Source: a virus (Duplodnaviria; Caudoviricetes). From it: a DNA stretch of 27,226 bases. Below are positions 25,311 through 27,226 of this stretch, one piece after another (within the stretch, counting starts at the first letter, position 1; the number at the start of each line of letters is the position of its first letter). The stretch covers positions 1 to 27,226 of IMG/VR virus record IMGVR_UViG_3300006789_000124. One strand, 5' to 3'. The notes under the pieces were generated by a model. That model had not been told where the DNA came from. It searched no databases and worked only from the letters and a program-made list of their open reading frames with translations. The translations under genes and the position numbers were made by a program.

Positions 25311-27028
25311 TGACTAAGCTCTCAGTGCTCATAGACCGCCACAGAAAGTTCTATGAAGAGAACGAGAAGACCGTCTTTGATAAAGCCCGTCGATACTACA
25401 GAGGAGAGTTCTTCTCCAACCGCGCATCAGAGCTTCAGAAGGCTACAAACCTCAATCTCTGCAGCAAGAACCTGATATACGCCATCGCGGACACCGCTAT
25501 TAGCGCCCTGCTGGGTCCGAACCCGCAGGTCTCCGCAAATCCCCGGAACAGGCCCAGCCAGGACGCCACACCGGGCATCAACGGGCTCCTACAGTACGTT
25601 TTTTCCTCAAATAACATGCGAAGAAGGGCTGCTACGGCCCTTATTGACGCTGTTCTGTGTAAACGGGGAATCTTCAAAACAGGCTGGGATAGTAAGGAAG
25701 ATCGCCCCGTTATCCGCGTTTGTGACCCCTCAACGGTGTTTTTTGACCTAACTGTCCGCGATGTGGACGATATCAAGTACTGGATCGAGGCAACTGTCCT
25801 CCCTCTACACGAGTTTAAGCGTCGAGTAGACACGGGCTTGTACGATGTGGAGATGTCAGACGTTAAATCTGACCGATATCCAAAATGGATGCTCGGGGAC
25901 AAGCAACATCAGACAACGAACTCGATTCGAGACTCCTTCCAGTGGATTACGGTCTACGAATACTACGATCGCGAGACGAACAAGGTAAAACACTACGTCA
26001 GACAGCTCGATAAGGTAGTTTTCGAGGACGATATCGACTATATCCCCTATTCGATGTTCAGTCTGAACCAATCAGGCTCCGATTGCCTGGGATTGAGCGA
26101 AGTTCAGCTGGTTTTGGCCCAGCAAGAGACGGTCAACGACCTCTTGACCCACCTAAAGCGCATTACCTACCTTATGATCCCCCGAATCCTCTACGATGCC
26201 GGGAGAATCAGCGAAGAAGACCTGAATAAGGCGGTAGAAGCGTCCGCTGGGTCCTTTGTGGGGGTAGCCCCGCAGAATTCGGAGGCCATGAGGGCACTAA
26301 ACACGCTGTTTTACAACATGCCCATGCCCGAAAATCCCGTCGGCGTGCAGAACTTCCTCACGCAGCAGGAAAATGACGCCGCTTTCATCTCTGCGCTGGC
26401 CGAAGCCGCCCGAGGCCAGGTGGTTGGAGCCCGAACCGCGACGGAAATGGCCATTATCGATGCTCAGATGCGGACCCGGCTGGCCACTCGGGAGGGTCAC
26501 GTCAACACAGCCCTCGAAGATGTGGCTGAGAAGGCCTTTTACCTGTGCAGAAAGTACATGAAGTCGGAGAAAATGATTCGCGTGGCCGGTAGTAGGCGCT
26601 GGGACACCATTACTCTGGGCGATATTCAGGATGTAGAGGTTGATTTCGAGATGGTTAGCTACAACCCCATCCGACAGAACCCCTCCGTGCAGGTTGAAAC
26701 GATGATGCAGCTAATCCCGCTGCTCATGCAGGACCAGAACATCGATTCTCGGAAGGTAATCGAGGAGGTTATTCGTAGCCTCGGTCTCTCAGCGGGCCTA
26801 TTGATGCCAGAGGAAGAGGTCGAAGCGGCTGCTCAAGCTCAAGCACAGATGCAACAGCAGATGGCGCTGGGTGGAGCAGCGGCTCCTGCAGAAGGAGGCG
26901 CCCCCCCGGCGGGTGGAGAGCCAGATATCGCGGAAATCTTAGCCATGCTGGAAGCCACTGGAGCAGAGCCTACGCCTGAAGAGAGCATGGCAGCGGGTGG
27001 CGGAGCGCCGGTACGCGAGGAAGCCTGA
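25310..27028 (+). CDS. Portal protein
   Basis: 572 aa after terL, with GIFKTGW, RG...RTATE motif and a Q/A/E-rich C-terminal tail as in P22/T7-like portals. Confidence 0.88.
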   Translation: MTKLSVLIDRHRKFYEENEKTVFDKARRYYRGEFFSNRASELQKATNLNLCSKNLIYAIADTAISALLGPNPQVSANPRNRPSQDATPGINGLLQYVFSSNNMRRRAATALIDAVLCKRGIFKTGWDSKEDRPVIRVCDPSTVFFDLTVRDVDDIKYWIEATVLPLHEFKRRVDTGLYDVEMSDVKSDRYPKWMLGDKQHQTTNSIRDSFQWITVYEYYDRETNKVKHYVRQLDKVVFEDDIDYIPYSMFSLNQSGSDCLGLSEVQLVLAQQETVNDLLTHLKRITYLMIPRILYDAGRISEEDLNKAVEASAGSFVGVAPQNSEAMRALNTLFYNMPMPENPVGVQNFLTQQENDAAFISALAEAARGQVVGARTATEMAIIDAQMRTRLATREGHVNTALEDVAEKAFYLCRKYMKSEKMIRVAGSRRWDTITLGDIQDVEVDFEMVSYNPIRQNPSVQVETMMQLIPLLMQDQNIDSRKVIEEVIRSLGLSAGLLMPEEEVEAAAQAQAQMQQQMALGGAAAPAEGGAPPAGGEPDIAEILAMLEATGAEPTPEESMAAGGGAPVREEA

Positions 27029-27226
27029 TGGCGCGTGACTACCGCAAAGAGTACGACGAGTACCACGGCACTAAGGAGCAGAAGGAAAATCGTGCTGCCC
27101 GCAACAAAGCCCGTAGCGACTTGGGCCTTGAAAAGGGCGACGGCATGGAGGCCGACCATATTAACCCTCTCTCTAAAGGAGGGGGCAACGGCGAAAAAAA
27201 CCTTCGCGCAGTAAAGCGCTCTACTA
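27028..27226 (+). CDS. HNH endonuclease (partial, runs off right edge)
   Basis: MARDYRKEYDEYHGTKEQKENRAARNKARSDLGLEKGDGMEADHINPLSKGGGNGEKNLRAV... contains the DHxxPLSKGGxN..NL motif. TGATG coupling to the portal. Confidence 0.88.
   Translation, partial: MARDYRKEYDEYHGTKEQKENRAARNKARSDLGLEKGDGMEADHINPLSKGGGNGEKNLRAVKRST

Noticed and set aside
1-27226. Alternative genetic code / stop-codon reassignment
   Set aside because: Genes tile densely under the standard code, and TAA, TAG and TGA all end genes at sensible junctions.

Overview
A 27-kb piece of a tailed dsDNA phage genome (podovirus-like morphogenesis region; the host cannot be identified from the window). The right end (+ strand) carries the terminase large subunit, a small ORF, the portal and a truncated HNH endonuclease. 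Transcribed divergently on the - strand are a small basic ORF, major capsid protein, probable decoration protein, a terminator, head-tail adaptor, nozzle-like tail protein, two related tail proteins and three probable internal virion (ejection) proteins. The main feature is missing from the ORF track because it runs off the left edge: a >2586-codon ORF (7758 to <1, - strand) that I translated by hand without finding a stop. It looks like a polyvalent protein, with an N-terminal helical region followed by an ADP-ribosyltransferase (ART-PolyVal-like) domain, an Hsp90/MORC-type GHKL ATPase joined to a HExxH zinc-peptidase motif, and a ParB/Srx-like domain. The modules are separated by a recurring PDVL(F/L)Q linker, and two copies form a 30/33-bp direct repeat. 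A 78-aa ORF with its own RBS is overprinted inside it in another frame. Domain calls come from motif recognition by eye, not database searches.
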